A stretch of 64,000 bases of DNA from Candidatus Bathyarchaeota archaeon (GCA_963775465.1 CAVZIW010000004.1:32001-96000), one strand, 5' to 3'. Numbered from the stretch's first letter, positions 38,924 to 49,854 are shown. The notes: generated by a model from the sequence alone, not told the origin. A program made the numbers and translations.

Positions 38924-40476
38924 TTGGCTTTGTTGACATTGGGACGAACGCAATTCGTCTATTAGTGGTAAGAATAAATCCCAATTTTTCTTATAACATC
39001 ATCAGTCAAGAAAAAGAAGTAGTTAGACTAGGAGAAAACGAGTTCAAGGATAATGTGCTCAAACCCCAGGCAATGGAACGCGCAATTTTTGTATGTGGAA
39101 AATTTGCAAACTTAGCCAAAACCTATGGAGCATCTGAAATAATAGCCGTTGGAACCTCAGCAATTCGAGAAGCAGAAAACCAATGCGAGTTTCTTGATAA
39201 CTTACATAATGAAACTGGACTCAATGTTAAGGTTATTTCAGGTCAAGAAGAAGCTCGCTTAATTTGCAAAGGTGTTGCTAGCGGAATAGATATTGGTGAA
39301 GAAAAAGCAATTTTTATAGATTTAGGTGGAGGAAGCGTTGAAATTGCTATAGGTGATCAGCATGAATGCTTCTCCGTGGACAGCCTCAAGTTGGGTGCGA
39401 TAAGGTTAACAACGAAATTCATCGGCGAGGGCTGGACTGGTCCAGTTGAAACATCTGTTTATAAACAAATTAAACAATATGCCGATAAACGAATTCTGCC
39501 CCTAAAAGGAAAAGTTCGAGAGTTTGGCGCTAGACGTGCATGGGGGTCATCAGGCACAATTATTAACTTATCAGAAATCGCTAACAAACTATTCAAGAAA
39601 AATGGCAATGAGAGGCGTCTAACTATTTCCAGAAAGAACCTGAAAAAAACAGCGTCTATTCTCTGCTCGCTACCCCTTGAAGAGAGGAAGAAGCTACCAG
39701 CCATAAATCCCGATAGAGCAGACATAATAATCGCCGGAGCGGCCACTATCGAAGTGATAATGCAAGAGTTCGGTATAGAGGAAATCTGTGTTAGTCACCG
39801 AGAACTTAGAGATGGATTGCTAGTTGACTATCTTTCGAATTTTGAAGGGTTTAGAGAGCTTCAAAAGGAGCCAGTGAGAAATAGGAGCGTTCTACATTTA
39901 GGCAGGTCCTGCAGCTTTGATGAGAACCACTCGGAAACTGTGACTTCATTGGCGATTCAACTTTTTGAGAGCGCAAAAAAAATTGGGCTGCACACCCTAG
40001 GCGAAAACGAAAAAGAACTCTTAAAATATGCCGCAACTTTGCATGATGTTGGCGATTTTATCTCATTTAACAATCACCATCTACATTCACACTATATTAT
40101 AAGCAACACAGAGCTTTTCGGCTTTGACAAAAGAGAAATTCAAATTATTGCCAACATAGCACGCTTTCATCGGAAAAAAAGACCGTCTAAAAAAGCATTA
40201 AAAACAATTGGATTGGACGAAAAAGCAAAAAGAATAATTTCGATTCTTTCGACGTTTTTGCGTTTAGCAGAGAAGCTAGATCGAAGTCACAGTTGCCTCG
40301 TGAAAAAGGCCGAATTTTCAGATATGAATAAAGACCAAGTTCTTCTTTTGTTTTACTCAGATACAGATTGTAGTTTAGAGCAATGGAGTATTATTCAAAA
40401 TCGGCAAGCATTTTACGAAACCTTCGGAAAAAAACTGGACGCTCAATGCATAGTCGCTCCAGAACCTAATCAGTAA
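38890..40476 (+). CDS. ppx: Ppx/GppA exopolyphosphatase with C-terminal HD domain
   Basis: VDIGTNAIR, TSAIREA, ISGQEEA, IDLGGGSVE, RADII, LRDG, LHDVG. Confidence 0.93.
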   Translation: MESTVKTAGHVVGFVDIGTNAIRLLVVRINPNFSYNIISQEKEVVRLGENEFKDNVLKPQAMERAIFVCGKFANLAKTYGASEIIAVGTSAIREAENQCEFLDNLHNETGLNVKVISGQEEARLICKGVASGIDIGEEKAIFIDLGGGSVEIAIGDQHECFSVDSLKLGAIRLTTKFIGEGWTGPVETSVYKQIKQYADKRILPLKGKVREFGARRAWGSSGTIINLSEIANKLFKKNGNERRLTISRKNLKKTASILCSLPLEERKKLPAINPDRADIIIAGAATIEVIMQEFGIEEICVSHRELRDGLLVDYLSNFEGFRELQKEPVRNRSVLHLGRSCSFDENHSETVTSLAIQLFESAKKIGLHTLGENEKELLKYAATLHDVGDFISFNNHHLHSHYIISNTELFGFDKREIQIIANIARFHRKKRPSKKALKTIGLDEKAKRIISILSTFLRLAEKLDRSHSCLVKKAEFSDMNKDQVLLLFYSDTDCSLEQWSIIQNRQAFYETFGKKLDAQCIVAPEPNQ

Positions 40477-40486
40477 CATCGTAAAG

Positions 40487-41392
40487 TTATTGTTCCTCTA
40501 ATTCGCCTCTTGCTTTCTTCAGGGCTCGGTACTGCTCTTTGCTTAGAACAGGATACTTCAGATCTAGCTTTTTTATATGCGCGAGCAAAACTTCGGAGAT
40601 CGCCGCATGAGTAACCCATTTCCTGTCTGCTGGAATTACATACCATTGCGCCCATTCTGTGTTGGTTTTATCAAGCACATCCTGATAAGCTTCCATATAT
40701 TCATTCCATTTAGAACGTTCAGAAAGGTCGGTAAGCGAAAACTTCCACTCTTTATCAGGATTGCAAAGTCGATCAAGCAAACGCTGTTTTTGTTTCTTCT
40801 TTGATACATTAAGAAAGAACTTCAAGACTATGGTACCGCTCCGAACTAAATGACGTTCAAACATGTTTATGTCTTCATAACGTTGATCCCAGAAGACGAT
40901 GCCATTTTTGGAGGGCAACTGCTGTTTCTTCAGAAATTCTGGGCGAACTTTAACAATCAATACATCCTCATAGTATGAACGGTTAAAAATTCCAATACGC
41001 CCCCTTTCAGGAAGAGCTTTAGAATGTCGCCACAGAAAATCGTGATCTAATTCCTCTGCAGAAGGGGTTTTAAAACTGGTTACTTGGCAACCTTGTGGGT
41101 TAATTCCGGACAATACATGCCTAATTGTGCTGTCCTTTCCAGCCGCATCCATTCCTTGAAGGATAAGTAACATAGAGTATGTGTCGCTTGCCCAAAACAA
41201 CTCTTGCAACTCAGCCAACTTTTTTCTGTTATTTTCCAAAAGCGCCAAAGCCTGCTTTTTTACTTGTTTTTTTCCGGCTTTATCCTGCCCTTTTTGAGCC
41301 CATTTTGGAACCCAATCTGAATCATAAATCTTCAAATCAATTTTTTTGCCAATTGGTACTTTGAAAGTCTCTATGTCGATGGACAACTTCAA
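40487..41392 (-). CDS. ppk2: Polyphosphate kinase 2 family (probably class III)
   Basis: QGMDAAGKDS, FKTPSAEE..HDFLWR, FNRSYYEDVL, WKFS..D. Confidence 0.92.
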   Translation of the reverse strand: MKLSIDIETFKVPIGKKIDLKIYDSDWVPKWAQKGQDKAGKKQVKKQALALLENNRKKLAELQELFWASDTYSMLLILQGMDAAGKDSTIRHVLSGINPQGCQVTSFKTPSAEELDHDFLWRHSKALPERGRIGIFNRSYYEDVLIVKVRPEFLKKQQLPSKNGIVFWDQRYEDINMFERHLVRSGTIVLKFFLNVSKKKQKQRLLDRLCNPDKEWKFSLTDLSERSKWNEYMEAYQDVLDKTNTEWAQWYVIPADRKWVTHAAISEVLLAHIKKLDLKYPVLSKEQYRALKKARGELEEQ

Positions 41393-41510
41393 ACCTTCAA
41401 TACGGGATTACGTTTCGGTTCCTAATATCAACAACGGTTTTGATAGCAGAGTCAAAAATCAGAATAAATCTGAGAGGGTAAAAAATAATGGTGTTTTTTG
41501 ACTTCAGGGT

Positions 41511-42155
41511 TTATCCGAGGTTCACTTTTTCACCCGTGACAATGTACACAACTGACTCACAAACATAAACGGCATGGTCAGCAATCCGTTCAAAATACCT
41601 CGTGATTAAAGCGCTTGATATAACGCACTTACGATTTGGTGTCTCCGTATTGATTAGCTTGTGAAGGTAATCAAAGTACATTTTATCAATTTCTCGTTCA
41701 GTTTGAGAGATAGTTCTTGCGAGGATTACATCCTGTTTTTTGAGTGATGCCACACTTATTTTAACCATTGAAAGAACTTTTTCGCTCATTTCATTAAGGT
41801 AGTCACAAGTCCAAGCCTCACATTCTTTTAGACCGTTTAGCTGGTCGCTTATTAACGAAATGTCTAGAGCGTATCTACCATACCTGGCAAAGTCATTACC
41901 GATTTTCATATGCGACTTTATGGTTCTAAGGTCTGTGGCGACAGGTTGGAAACGTGCAATTAATTGGAAAGTCTCATCTTCTATTTTATTGGCCATAGAA
42001 ACAAGAATGTCAGACATTTCCTTTACTTGCTCATAAACACTTTTTCCTTCAAGGTAGCCATGGATAGATAAGGCAAGAGCTTCATAGGTTAGCTCGCCCA
42101 TCCTAACGATTAGGACTGACTGTTCCTCTAAACCGCTGTCTATTATTCTACTCAT
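41511..42155 (-). CDS. phoU: Phosphate signalling protein PhoU
   Basis: RFQPVATDLR, RYFERIADHA. Confidence 0.9.
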   Translation of the reverse strand: MSRIIDSGLEEQSVLIVRMGELTYEALALSIHGYLEGKSVYEQVKEMSDILVSMANKIEDETFQLIARFQPVATDLRTIKSHMKIGNDFARYGRYALDISLISDQLNGLKECEAWTCDYLNEMSEKVLSMVKISVASLKKQDVILARTISQTEREIDKMYFDYLHKLINTETPNRKCVISSALITRYFERIADHAVYVCESVVYIVTGEKVNLG

Positions 42156-42164
42156 ACTTATTCC

Positions 42165-42926
42165 CTATCCGAATTCTCCTGTTATGTATTTTTCTGTTAA
42201 TGGGTTCTTGGGCGACTCAAAAATACCCTTAGTCGGTCCAAACTCAATTAATTCGCCCAAATAGAGGAATGCTGTGTAATCAGAAACTCTTGAGGCTTGT
42301 TGCATGTTATGAGTAACAATGCCAACTGTATAATCGCGCTTAAGTTCAACTACCAACCGCTCGATCTTGGCAGAAGCAATTGGATCCAACGCTGAAGTCG
42401 GCTCATCCATCAAAATAACTTCTGGCTGTAATGCAATAGCCCGCGCAATACACAGCCTCTGTTGTTGACCGCCAGATATACTCGTGCCTGGCTTTTTCAA
42501 ATCATCTTTAACTTCATCCCAAAGGGTTGAACGAACCAGGCTTTTCCTCACTATTTCATCGAGATTCTTTCCTTTTCTTGCACCTGTCAACTTTAATCCA
42601 GCCGCGACATTATCGTAGATGGACATTGTGGGGAAAGGATTGGGTTTTTGAAAAACCATTCCTACCCGTCGTCTAATCATAACGGCATCAACGGTTGGAG
42701 CATAAATGTCTTCACTATCAAGGAGCACCTGTCCAGATATTTTGGCATTAGGTACCAATTCATGCATCCTGTTTAAGGTTCGAATGAATGTTGATTTACC
42801 GCACCCTGATGGCCCAATTATAGCTGTCACAGCGTTCGCCTTAAGTGAAATACTTATGTCCTTTAGGGCTTGCTTTGAACCAAACCAAGCATTCAAGTTC
42901 ACACTTTGCATTTTTACATTATCCAC
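42165..42926 (-). CDS. pstB: Phosphate ABC transporter ATPase
   Basis: [43 protein letters not shown]. Confidence 0.96.
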   Translation of the reverse strand: MDNVKMQSVNLNAWFGSKQALKDISISLKANAVTAIIGPSGCGKSTFIRTLNRMHELVPNAKISGQVLLDSEDIYAPTVDAVMIRRRVGMVFQKPNPFPTMSIYDNVAAGLKLTGARKGKNLDEIVRKSLVRSTLWDEVKDDLKKPGTSISGGQQQRLCIARAIALQPEVILMDEPTSALDPIASAKIERLVVELKRDYTVGIVTHNMQQASRVSDYTAFLYLGELIEFGPTKGIFESPKNPLTEKYITGEFG

Positions 42927-42932
42927 TTGTTA

Positions 42933-43796
42933 TCACCTTGAAAACAGACCCCTACCCCTGCTTGCTAATCTAACACCTATGTTGAGAGCCAAGACTATTA
43001 GGATTAGCACTAACGATGCCCCCCAAGCTTGAGCTTGAATTTCTGCCGATGGCTGTCGAGAATCAAGGAAAATCCTGAGCGGTAAGGCATCCATAGGAGA
43101 GTTAAGACCTTGAAAGAAAAAGCTGCTCCCTAATATTGTAAGCAATATGGGTGCAGTCTCGCCGGCAATCCTTGCAATAGCGAGAAGGGTTCCAGTGATT
43201 AATCCCCCTTTTGCAGAGGGTATTACAATGCTAATTATTGTTCGCCATCGGTGTATTCCTAGAGCCATTGATGCTTCACGTACGCTCGTAGGAACGAGTT
43301 TCATCGATTCTTCTGTTGTTCGTGCAACTATTGGAATCAACATGAAAGAAAGCGCAATGGCTCCAGCCAACGGCGAAAAAGTACCTATCAAGCCTATTAC
43401 AATTATGATGTAAGCAGTGATGCCTACGATTATAGATGGGAATTCGGTGATTATATCATTCATCGTTCTCATCCAAGAAGCATATTTGTTGTTCCCGAAC
43501 TCAGCCAAATACACACCTGACAGTATACCAATTGGGATCCCGATTAGACTAGTTAATCCTATGAGAATGAATGACCCTTGAATCGCAGGTCCAATACCAC
43601 CTTTCAAACCGTTAGCCGTTAGAAAGTTCAAACTGAGAACAGGAGCGCCCCTTGCTATTACTTCGTAGAGAATGCTGAGCAAAGGAACTAGGGCAATCAA
43701 TATGCAAAATAGACATACTACGTAGAAGAACCTGTTCCGGAATTTTCGGAAGTGGTAATTGTTAAACTTGAGCCTTTGGAGTAGCCTATTTTGCAT
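42933..43796 (-). CDS. pstA: Phosphate ABC transporter permease
   Basis: PSIIVG, RTTEE, REASMALG, ARIAGETAP. Confidence 0.93.
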   Translation of the reverse strand: MQNRLLQRLKFNNYHFRKFRNRFFYVVCLFCILIALVPLLSILYEVIARGAPVLSLNFLTANGLKGGIGPAIQGSFILIGLTSLIGIPIGILSGVYLAEFGNNKYASWMRTMNDIITEFPSIIVGITAYIIIVIGLIGTFSPLAGAIALSFMLIPIVARTTEESMKLVPTSVREASMALGIHRWRTIISIVIPSAKGGLITGTLLAIARIAGETAPILLTILGSSFFFQGLNSPMDALPLRIFLDSRQPSAEIQAQAWGASLVLILIVLALNIGVRLASRGRGLFSR

Positions 43797-44731
43797 TATT
43801 CTACGGCGCCTCCCTTGACTTTCAGAACCCTAGTCACCATAATATGTGCTAAAATGTTAATGATTAGACTAATTATAAGTAAAACTAACCCTGCGCCGAT
43901 GTAAGCTGCGCTTTCAAGCTGAGTTTGGGCGTCGAAGAAACCGTTAGCAATCAATGAAGGCAATGTCTGACCTGCCTGAAAAAGTGATTTTGGCATTGCG
44001 TTCGGACCGATCGAGTTTCCAATAACCATTGTAACTGCCATCGTTTCACCAACAGCCCTTCCTAAACCAAGGATTACTGCACCGAATATTCCCGAGCGTC
44101 CATAGCTGAGCACCCAGTGGCGAATTACTTCCCATTTTGTGGCGCCGATACTGTAGGCAGCTTCCCGAATTGAGCTGGGAACGGCGGCGATAACTTCTCT
44201 TGTGACTGAAGCAACGGTGGGGATAATCATAATTGATAGAATTATTCCAGCCGTAAAGAAATCTAAACCAAAAGGTGCACCACTGAAAATCGGTATCCAA
44301 CCAAGATATGCATGTAGAGGTTTTTCAACGAAATCCAAAACCCAGAACCGGAGAACAAACAAACCCCATAACCCATAAATAACGCTAGGAACGGCTGCGA
44401 GCAACTCAACTAGGTACGAAAACGGTACTTTCACGGCTCTGGGGGACATCTCTACGAGAAAGATGGCAATACCCAAACTCAAGGGCACTCCAATCAGCAA
44501 TGCGATTCCCGCTGTGATAAGCGTGCCTAAAATATAGGGGAAAACCCCAAAGGTTTGCGTAACATGGTTCCAGCTAGTTCCAGCGAAAAAGTCAAAACCA
44601 AATTTACCTATTGCAGTTGTAGAACCTGAGATGAGGATATAACCATTAACTACTAAAATAATAGCAGCTGAGAAGGCGATTATTCCCACTATGACTTTGA
44701 AAGCATTATCGCCTGTTAACTTCCGCATCAT
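43796..44731 (-). CDS. pstC: Phosphate ABC transporter permease
   Basis: ELLAAVPSVIYGLWG, LGRAVGETMAV. Confidence 0.93.
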   Translation of the reverse strand: MMRKLTGDNAFKVIVGIIAFSAAIILVVNGYILISGSTTAIGKFGFDFFAGTSWNHVTQTFGVFPYILGTLITAGIALLIGVPLSLGIAIFLVEMSPRAVKVPFSYLVELLAAVPSVIYGLWGLFVLRFWVLDFVEKPLHAYLGWIPIFSGAPFGLDFFTAGIILSIMIIPTVASVTREVIAAVPSSIREAAYSIGATKWEVIRHWVLSYGRSGIFGAVILGLGRAVGETMAVTMVIGNSIGPNAMPKSLFQAGQTLPSLIANGFFDAQTQLESAAYIGAGLVLLIISLIINILAHIMVTRVLKVKGGAVE

Positions 44732-44806
44732 GCAGATCTGCTCAAATTTTTATTGGTTTAAACAAAAAAAGGTTTGGATTAAGATTATATCCAGTCCTAT
44801 GAAATT

Positions 44807-45916
44807 CTAGTGGGTTGGAACAGATTGACCATCAAAGGTTATACCGTTCAGCGTTGTTTCGCCAAGTGTTACCAGGTTTGATGGAAGTGTTGCATATTCG
44901 AGTGCACCGGCTAATTGCTGACCATCATGCACAACGTACCAAATGTATTGAACTAGGGCTGTTGCTTTGTCCATTGTCATCCCTGGAATTACGTTAAGTT
45001 CTTTGTACACTAGTAGGTATGTCGGATTTGCTATTGGATAGGCTTGGTCACCGGGAGTGTTTAGTATAGCTACATTTGCCCAGCTATCGCTCCCAGATGG
45101 AAGCCCACTTGTGGGGAGAGATGCAGCTGCTGCGGTTGTTGTTTCAAGTGTAGGTAGAATAAAGTTACCGGCTGGGTTTTGAAGGGCGGCTACTGGTATG
45201 GAGTTTTGTAATGCGTAAGCAAGTTCTATGTATCCAATTGAGTATTCTGTTTGAGTAACAGTGGCTGCAACGTTGGAGTTTCCACTTGCACCTACGCCCG
45301 CGGGCCATTCGACTGTAGTACTGGCACCAACATTTGTACTCCAGGCAGAGCTCACCAACGATAGGTACTTTGTGAACCAGTTGGTTGTTCCAGAACCGTC
45401 GGATCTGTGAACCACTACGATGTCGTGATCTGGTAATGTCAAGTCTGGGTTAAGTGCTGTTATAGCGGGGTCGTTCCATTTTGTAATAGCCCCAAGATAT
45501 ATGTCAGCAAGGACACTTCCTGAGAGTTTTAGGCCTGAGTTAATGCCAGGTAAGTTGTAGGCTACGGTGATTGCGCCGATTGTCTCTAGGATGTGAAGTG
45601 AGTTTGGTGCGGCTGTCCTTTGTGCGTCAGTTAAGGGTGCGTCTGAACCTGCAAAGTCAACAACTTCGTTTGTAAAGTCAGTGATTCCTTTTCCACTTCC
45701 GCCGCCTTGATAGTTAATTTGGACGTTTGGTTTGATTTCGGAATAGGCAGTTATTGTGGCGTTAAGAAATGGCTGGGGGAACGTTGCTCCTGAGCCTGTG
45801 AGGCCAATTGTGGCTTCTCCTTCTACCGGAACTGAAAGGTAAATGTATGCTGCTACTGCGCCGATAATTATGGCAATTGTAACTATTGCTATAACAATAG
45901 TGAATTTAGTATTCAT
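44807..45916 (-). CDS. pstS: Phosphate ABC transporter substrate-binding protein
   Basis: GSGATFP, GSGKG, DFAGSD, RSDGSGTT, YPI. Confidence 0.95.
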   Translation of the reverse strand: MNTKFTIVIAIVTIAIIIGAVAAYIYLSVPVEGEATIGLTGSGATFPQPFLNATITAYSEIKPNVQINYQGGGSGKGITDFTNEVVDFAGSDAPLTDAQRTAAPNSLHILETIGAITVAYNLPGINSGLKLSGSVLADIYLGAITKWNDPAITALNPDLTLPDHDIVVVHRSDGSGTTNWFTKYLSLVSSAWSTNVGASTTVEWPAGVGASGNSNVAATVTQTEYSIGYIELAYALQNSIPVAALQNPAGNFILPTLETTTAAAASLPTSGLPSGSDSWANVAILNTPGDQAYPIANPTYLLVYKELNVIPGMTMDKATALVQYIWYVVHDGQQLAGALEYATLPSNLVTLGETTLNGITFDGQSVPTH

Positions 45917-46035
45917 ATTCTTAATCCTCTTTTACAAGCGATTAACATCCAACTACTGTTATATATTAGACGTTCATAAAAAATATAGACTATATAGATA
46001 CACCTAATATAATCAATACAAATTGTAGAAGGAAC

Positions 46036-47097
46036 GTGGAGACTACAGTGGCTAAAGAGACAGAAAAAATAAACGAAGAACAACGCAAACTCCAAGTTAC
46101 AGGTGGCTCAACATTCATACTCTCATTACCAAAAGAATGGGCCACTAAAAACGCACTCAAACGAGGAAGTTCTATGATGGTCCGTGAAGAAGAAGACGGT
46201 TCATTATCCATAGTTCCATCAACCTTCCCGAAAAAAGAAAAACAAGATGAAGCCTTCATAAAAGTATCACAAGACGACAACCCCGATGCCATCATGAGAA
46301 CAGCAATTTCCGCCTACTTAAGCGGTTACAACATTCTGCACATGAAAGCCCAAGGACAAAAACTTTTGTCCTCAAAACTTCGAAACCACCTTAAAAATTT
46401 CGCCAGAAACTACCTAGTTGGAACAGAAATAGTAATCGACACCCCAACAGAATTAACACTTCAGGTGCTTCTAAACTACCCTGAACTAACAGTTCAAAAT
46501 GCCATAAGCCGCATGTCAATAATTGCATCGTCCATGCACAAAGAAGCCATAAACTCATTAAGAAAACCTGATTACCAGAACAGCAAAGCCGTTATCGAAA
46601 CTGACCGAGAAGTAAACCGCTTCGGCTTGTACATAGTGCGACTCCTAAAACTAGCAGTCTCAAACCAGAGAATCGTTAGAGAAATCGGCTTAACTAGCCA
46701 AAAAGAATGTTTAGGCTACAGGCTTTTAGCCAAGGCGGTTGAAAGAACCGCTGATCATGCAACAAAAATCGCCGAAAACACGCTGTTGCTTAAAGAGCCC
46801 GTAAACAAGGAGCTTTTAGAAAAAATCAGTCAACTAAGCGATCTTGCTATTTCAATGTTTGAGAATTCGATGGAAGCGCTGTTTAAACACGATTTTAACT
46901 TGGCTGAAAACGTCATTGAAAGACTTAGTCAAGTGCATAAGATTGAGAAAGAGACAGTTATGTACTCTCATAATGCCGAGAGTGAAGAAATGGTGAACTT
47001 GAGATTGCTCATCGAGAGTGTTAGACGAACTGCTGAGTATGCTGCCGACATCTCTGAAGTTGTGCTAAACCTAAATGTAGAATCAGTCTTAAGCTAG
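46036..47097 (+). CDS. AbrB-PhoU phosphate uptake regulator
   Basis: RKLQVTGGSTFILSLPKEW followed by two PhoU repeats (ERTADH, RRTAEYAADI). Confidence 0.9.
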   Translation: METTVAKETEKINEEQRKLQVTGGSTFILSLPKEWATKNALKRGSSMMVREEEDGSLSIVPSTFPKKEKQDEAFIKVSQDDNPDAIMRTAISAYLSGYNILHMKAQGQKLLSSKLRNHLKNFARNYLVGTEIVIDTPTELTLQVLLNYPELTVQNAISRMSIIASSMHKEAINSLRKPDYQNSKAVIETDREVNRFGLYIVRLLKLAVSNQRIVREIGLTSQKECLGYRLLAKAVERTADHATKIAENTLLLKEPVNKELLEKISQLSDLAISMFENSMEALFKHDFNLAENVIERLSQVHKIEKETVMYSHNAESEEMVNLRLLIESVRRTAEYAADISEVVLNLNVESVLS

Positions 47098-47391
47098 TTT
47101 TTTCATCCAAACTTTCTCACTTCAATTCGAAGATACTAATTCATTTAATTTAAAGAAACCAAGAAAATTGTCCAGCACACTATTTGGGAAATAAGAACTC
47201 TTTCAACAACTACAACCAAAACGCAACCAACAAACAACTAAAACACAAAACAAACCCCCAAATACAAAACTAAAAAAATAGAATCCCAAAACCACCCACA
47301 ACAACCAATACAACAAAAAGCAAAATCAAAACAAAAGGACTAAACCCAATGCTCTTTTCTGAGGCGTCCTTCTCGACAACTCAGTTTGCAA

Positions 47392-47577
47392 TTATTGTAA
47401 GACCTGTAAAAAACAGAGCAATTCTGGATTTTGATCTAAGCTGGAATCATCAATTAAATGAGCTGTACCGTCAGGACAGTAGACTTTGTCGCCTTTTTTT
47501 GCTCTTTGATAACGTTTTCCACACTCTTTTAGTTTGCAGCAACCATCACAATCTCTCGATAGCATTCTTTTATTCAC
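47392..47577 (-). CDS. Small Cys-rich protein
   Basis: CDGCC...C...YCPDGTAH; GGAGAGGTGA SD at the start. Confidence 0.55.
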   Translation of the reverse strand: MNKRMLSRDCDGCCKLKECGKRYQRAKKGDKVYCPDGTAHLIDDSSLDQNPELLCFLQVLQ

Positions 47578-47733
47578 CTCTCCACATGTTCAAGAACAAA
47601 ATGGCAGAAGACACCTATAGAGATAACCTCCATAATCTATATATAAAATATAGAAAACCACCAAGCCACAAACCTCCAAAACACTAAGAAACCTTTAAGA
47701 AACCAAGAAACACTCAAGAACCAGACAAAAGTA

Positions 47734-48384
47734 ATGATCAAACTCAAAGCAAAAGGCATTTTTCTCGATCTAGACGGAACAATCGTAGATTCCACAGCAG
47801 CCTACATAGAAGCCGCCAGAATCACATTTCACGCATTAGGGAAACAACCTCCAGAACCCAAAACTCTCCTAGAGATTCCCCGCAGGATAGAACAACGCCG
47901 CCCAATAGACGACATAACCCAAGGCAACACAAAACAATTCATGTCAACATACCTCAAAGCCTACTATTCCGTTACAGAAGCCCAAACTAAACTAGTCCCC
48001 AACGTAGCATCAACACTACAAACACTTTCAGAAAAGTCAAAAATAGCATTAATAACTATGCGACATTGCCCCAACCAAATTATCTACAAAGAACTCGACT
48101 ACTTAGGCATAGCAAAATACTTTACCCAAATAGTAACCGCCATGGACACCCCGCAACCTAAACCTTCACCTCAAGCACTGCTCCAATGTGCAAAAACCTT
48201 CGAACTCGAAATAAAAGACTGCATTATCGCCGGTGACTCTATAGATGACGTAAGAGCAGGAAAAGCAGCGGGAGCGAGAACCGTGGCTCTACTTTCCGGA
48301 CTCTACCAAAAAGAAGAACTGGTCAAGGAAAGCCCAGATTTGATTTTACCAGACATTAATGCCCTTCCTGACTTCATTGAATGA
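47734..48384 (+). CDS. HAD-family phosphatase
   Basis: DLDGTIVDS, KPSP, GDSIDD..AG. Confidence 0.9.
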   Translation: MIKLKAKGIFLDLDGTIVDSTAAYIEAARITFHALGKQPPEPKTLLEIPRRIEQRRPIDDITQGNTKQFMSTYLKAYYSVTEAQTKLVPNVASTLQTLSEKSKIALITMRHCPNQIIYKELDYLGIAKYFTQIVTAMDTPQPKPSPQALLQCAKTFELEIKDCIIAGDSIDDVRAGKAAGARTVALLSGLYQKEELVKESPDLILPDINALPDFIE

Positions 48385-48484
48385 TGGTCTTTTAGTATAT
48401 CCGAACTCGAAATATTGCTACAATCCGCCTAAAGCAGTTATATGGCGCTGGGAAAATAAAGTTTAATAAAAACCTCAATCTTTA

Positions 48485-49126
48485 GTGAATATGGAGAGAA
48501 GGCTTCAGCGGGAAATCAGTATGAACTACGTGGAGATTATATTAGGGGAGAAATTAAAAGACGCGGACCCAGCCTTAGACATTATGGGCTCAGACCGCAA
48601 AGTTTTACAGGTTGCTTGCCAAGACTTCACAAACTACCTTAAAGTCCATTGGAACCTCATCGGGAAAGAAGCAAACCAATGCGAACTAATAGAAAAACTC
48701 GAAAAACTATACAAAGAAGATACTAGCGAACTGGACGCATACCTGACAGTCTGGGCAGGCATTTGGTTCAAGAAATGGAAAGAACGCGTCAAACTGCTAA
48801 TCGGCAATCAAAACGCTAACAAATGGAGTAAAATGTCAAAAACACTCCAAGATGCGGAACCATTATGGCGCAAAATCGAACACAAACAAGAACTCTTAGA
48901 AGTAGTAGAAGCTACTCTGATAAAGAACGGAGAAATCTGTGGAACTGAAATCCTCTCAGAGAACCTAGTTAAAATAGAGCTCGGAGAGAGAAACCTAAAA
49001 GACGTAAGCGACCAAGAACGCGCCATTGTTACCTTAAACAATTCATTAAGGAGAGCAAGAGAAATGGCGCAAAGCAAGGGTCCCTTAATCTTTGTCAAGG
49101 TAGACAAAGGCTACTACAACGTCTAA
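48485..49126 (+). CDS. Hypothetical helical protein
   Basis: Long coherent ORF; no motif recognised. Confidence 0.65.
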   Translation: MNMERRLQREISMNYVEIILGEKLKDADPALDIMGSDRKVLQVACQDFTNYLKVHWNLIGKEANQCELIEKLEKLYKEDTSELDAYLTVWAGIWFKKWKERVKLLIGNQNANKWSKMSKTLQDAEPLWRKIEHKQELLEVVEATLIKNGEICGTEILSENLVKIELGERNLKDVSDQERAIVTLNNSLRRAREMAQSKGPLIFVKVDKGYYNV

Positions 49127-49226
49127 AACAAAAAATGCCCAATCTCACTCTTTTTATTGCACCCTCAAAAACCTAAAAAACAGATTTCTATAGAAAACGA
49201 AAAAAACTAAATTAAAAAAATCAAAA

Positions 49227-49424
49227 TTAGCGGATGGTTGCGACTCGTGCTCTCTGCAGAGTCTTAGTCCGCCAACTGTAGCGACGCAAAGTTGCCTGAT
49301 CGCCAAAACCGCATGCCGCGCAACGCTTGTGGCGTACATGGTAGGCCCGTCTGCCGCATCGTCTACACATAATATGGACTGTTTTGCCCTGACGTTTGCC
49401 CATTGAGGGAGTGCCTTTTCCCAT
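49227..49424 (-). CDS. rpl37e: 50S ribosomal protein L37e
   Basis: [11 protein letters not shown]...[10 protein letters not shown]...CAACGFG...RRYSW. Confidence 0.95.
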   Translation of the reverse strand: MGKGTPSMGKRQGKTVHIMCRRCGRRAYHVRHKRCAACGFGDQATLRRYSWRTKTLQRARVATIR

Positions 49425-49429
49425 TCAAC

Positions 49430-49657
49430 TCACCTTGGGGGAGGCGATATAAGGACTACGTTATCTCCTCGAACAATTATAAGTCCTAGTTTTCGTTGGT
49501 TTTCTACAATGGTTGTGTCTTCTGTCTCTTCTAGAACCAGGTTTAGGTGTTGGTCGAAACCCTTCAGTCTGCCTCTTAAGCTTTTGCCGCCTTTTAGACG
49601 TACAAGTACGATTTTCCCGATATTTTGTTCAAGGATTTCGGTTGTCATTTCGCTCAT
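49430..49657 (-). CDS. lsm: Sm-like archaeal protein (Lsm/SmAP)
   Basis: RGRLKGFDQHLNLVL...IVRGDNVVLISP. Confidence 0.95.
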   Translation of the reverse strand: MSEMTTEILEQNIGKIVLVRLKGGKSLRGRLKGFDQHLNLVLEETEDTTIVENQRKLGLIIVRGDNVVLISPPPR

Positions 49658-49770
49658 TCTGGAATCCTCGTGTATCTTTATCTCTCTATACTTTATCTCT
49701 CTCCATTTAAACCTATCTCATAGACTCAGGACATTGGTTGAGTATGTTGAAAAGTTTGGCGCTTTCTAAA

Positions 49771-49798
49771 AACATAGTCAAGAAAGTTTGACTAACTA
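49771..49798. repeat. 11-6-11 site S5, followed by a half site and a TATA-like box
   Basis: AACATAGTCAA gaaagt TTGACTAACTA (core and spacer identical to S1), then TGTCAAgaaaat...tcTTTTATT. Confidence 0.85.
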
Positions 49799-49854
49799 TG
49801 TCAAGAAAATAATACGAATAGTCTTTTATTTTAAAGCAGCTCTTTCAAGTAATT

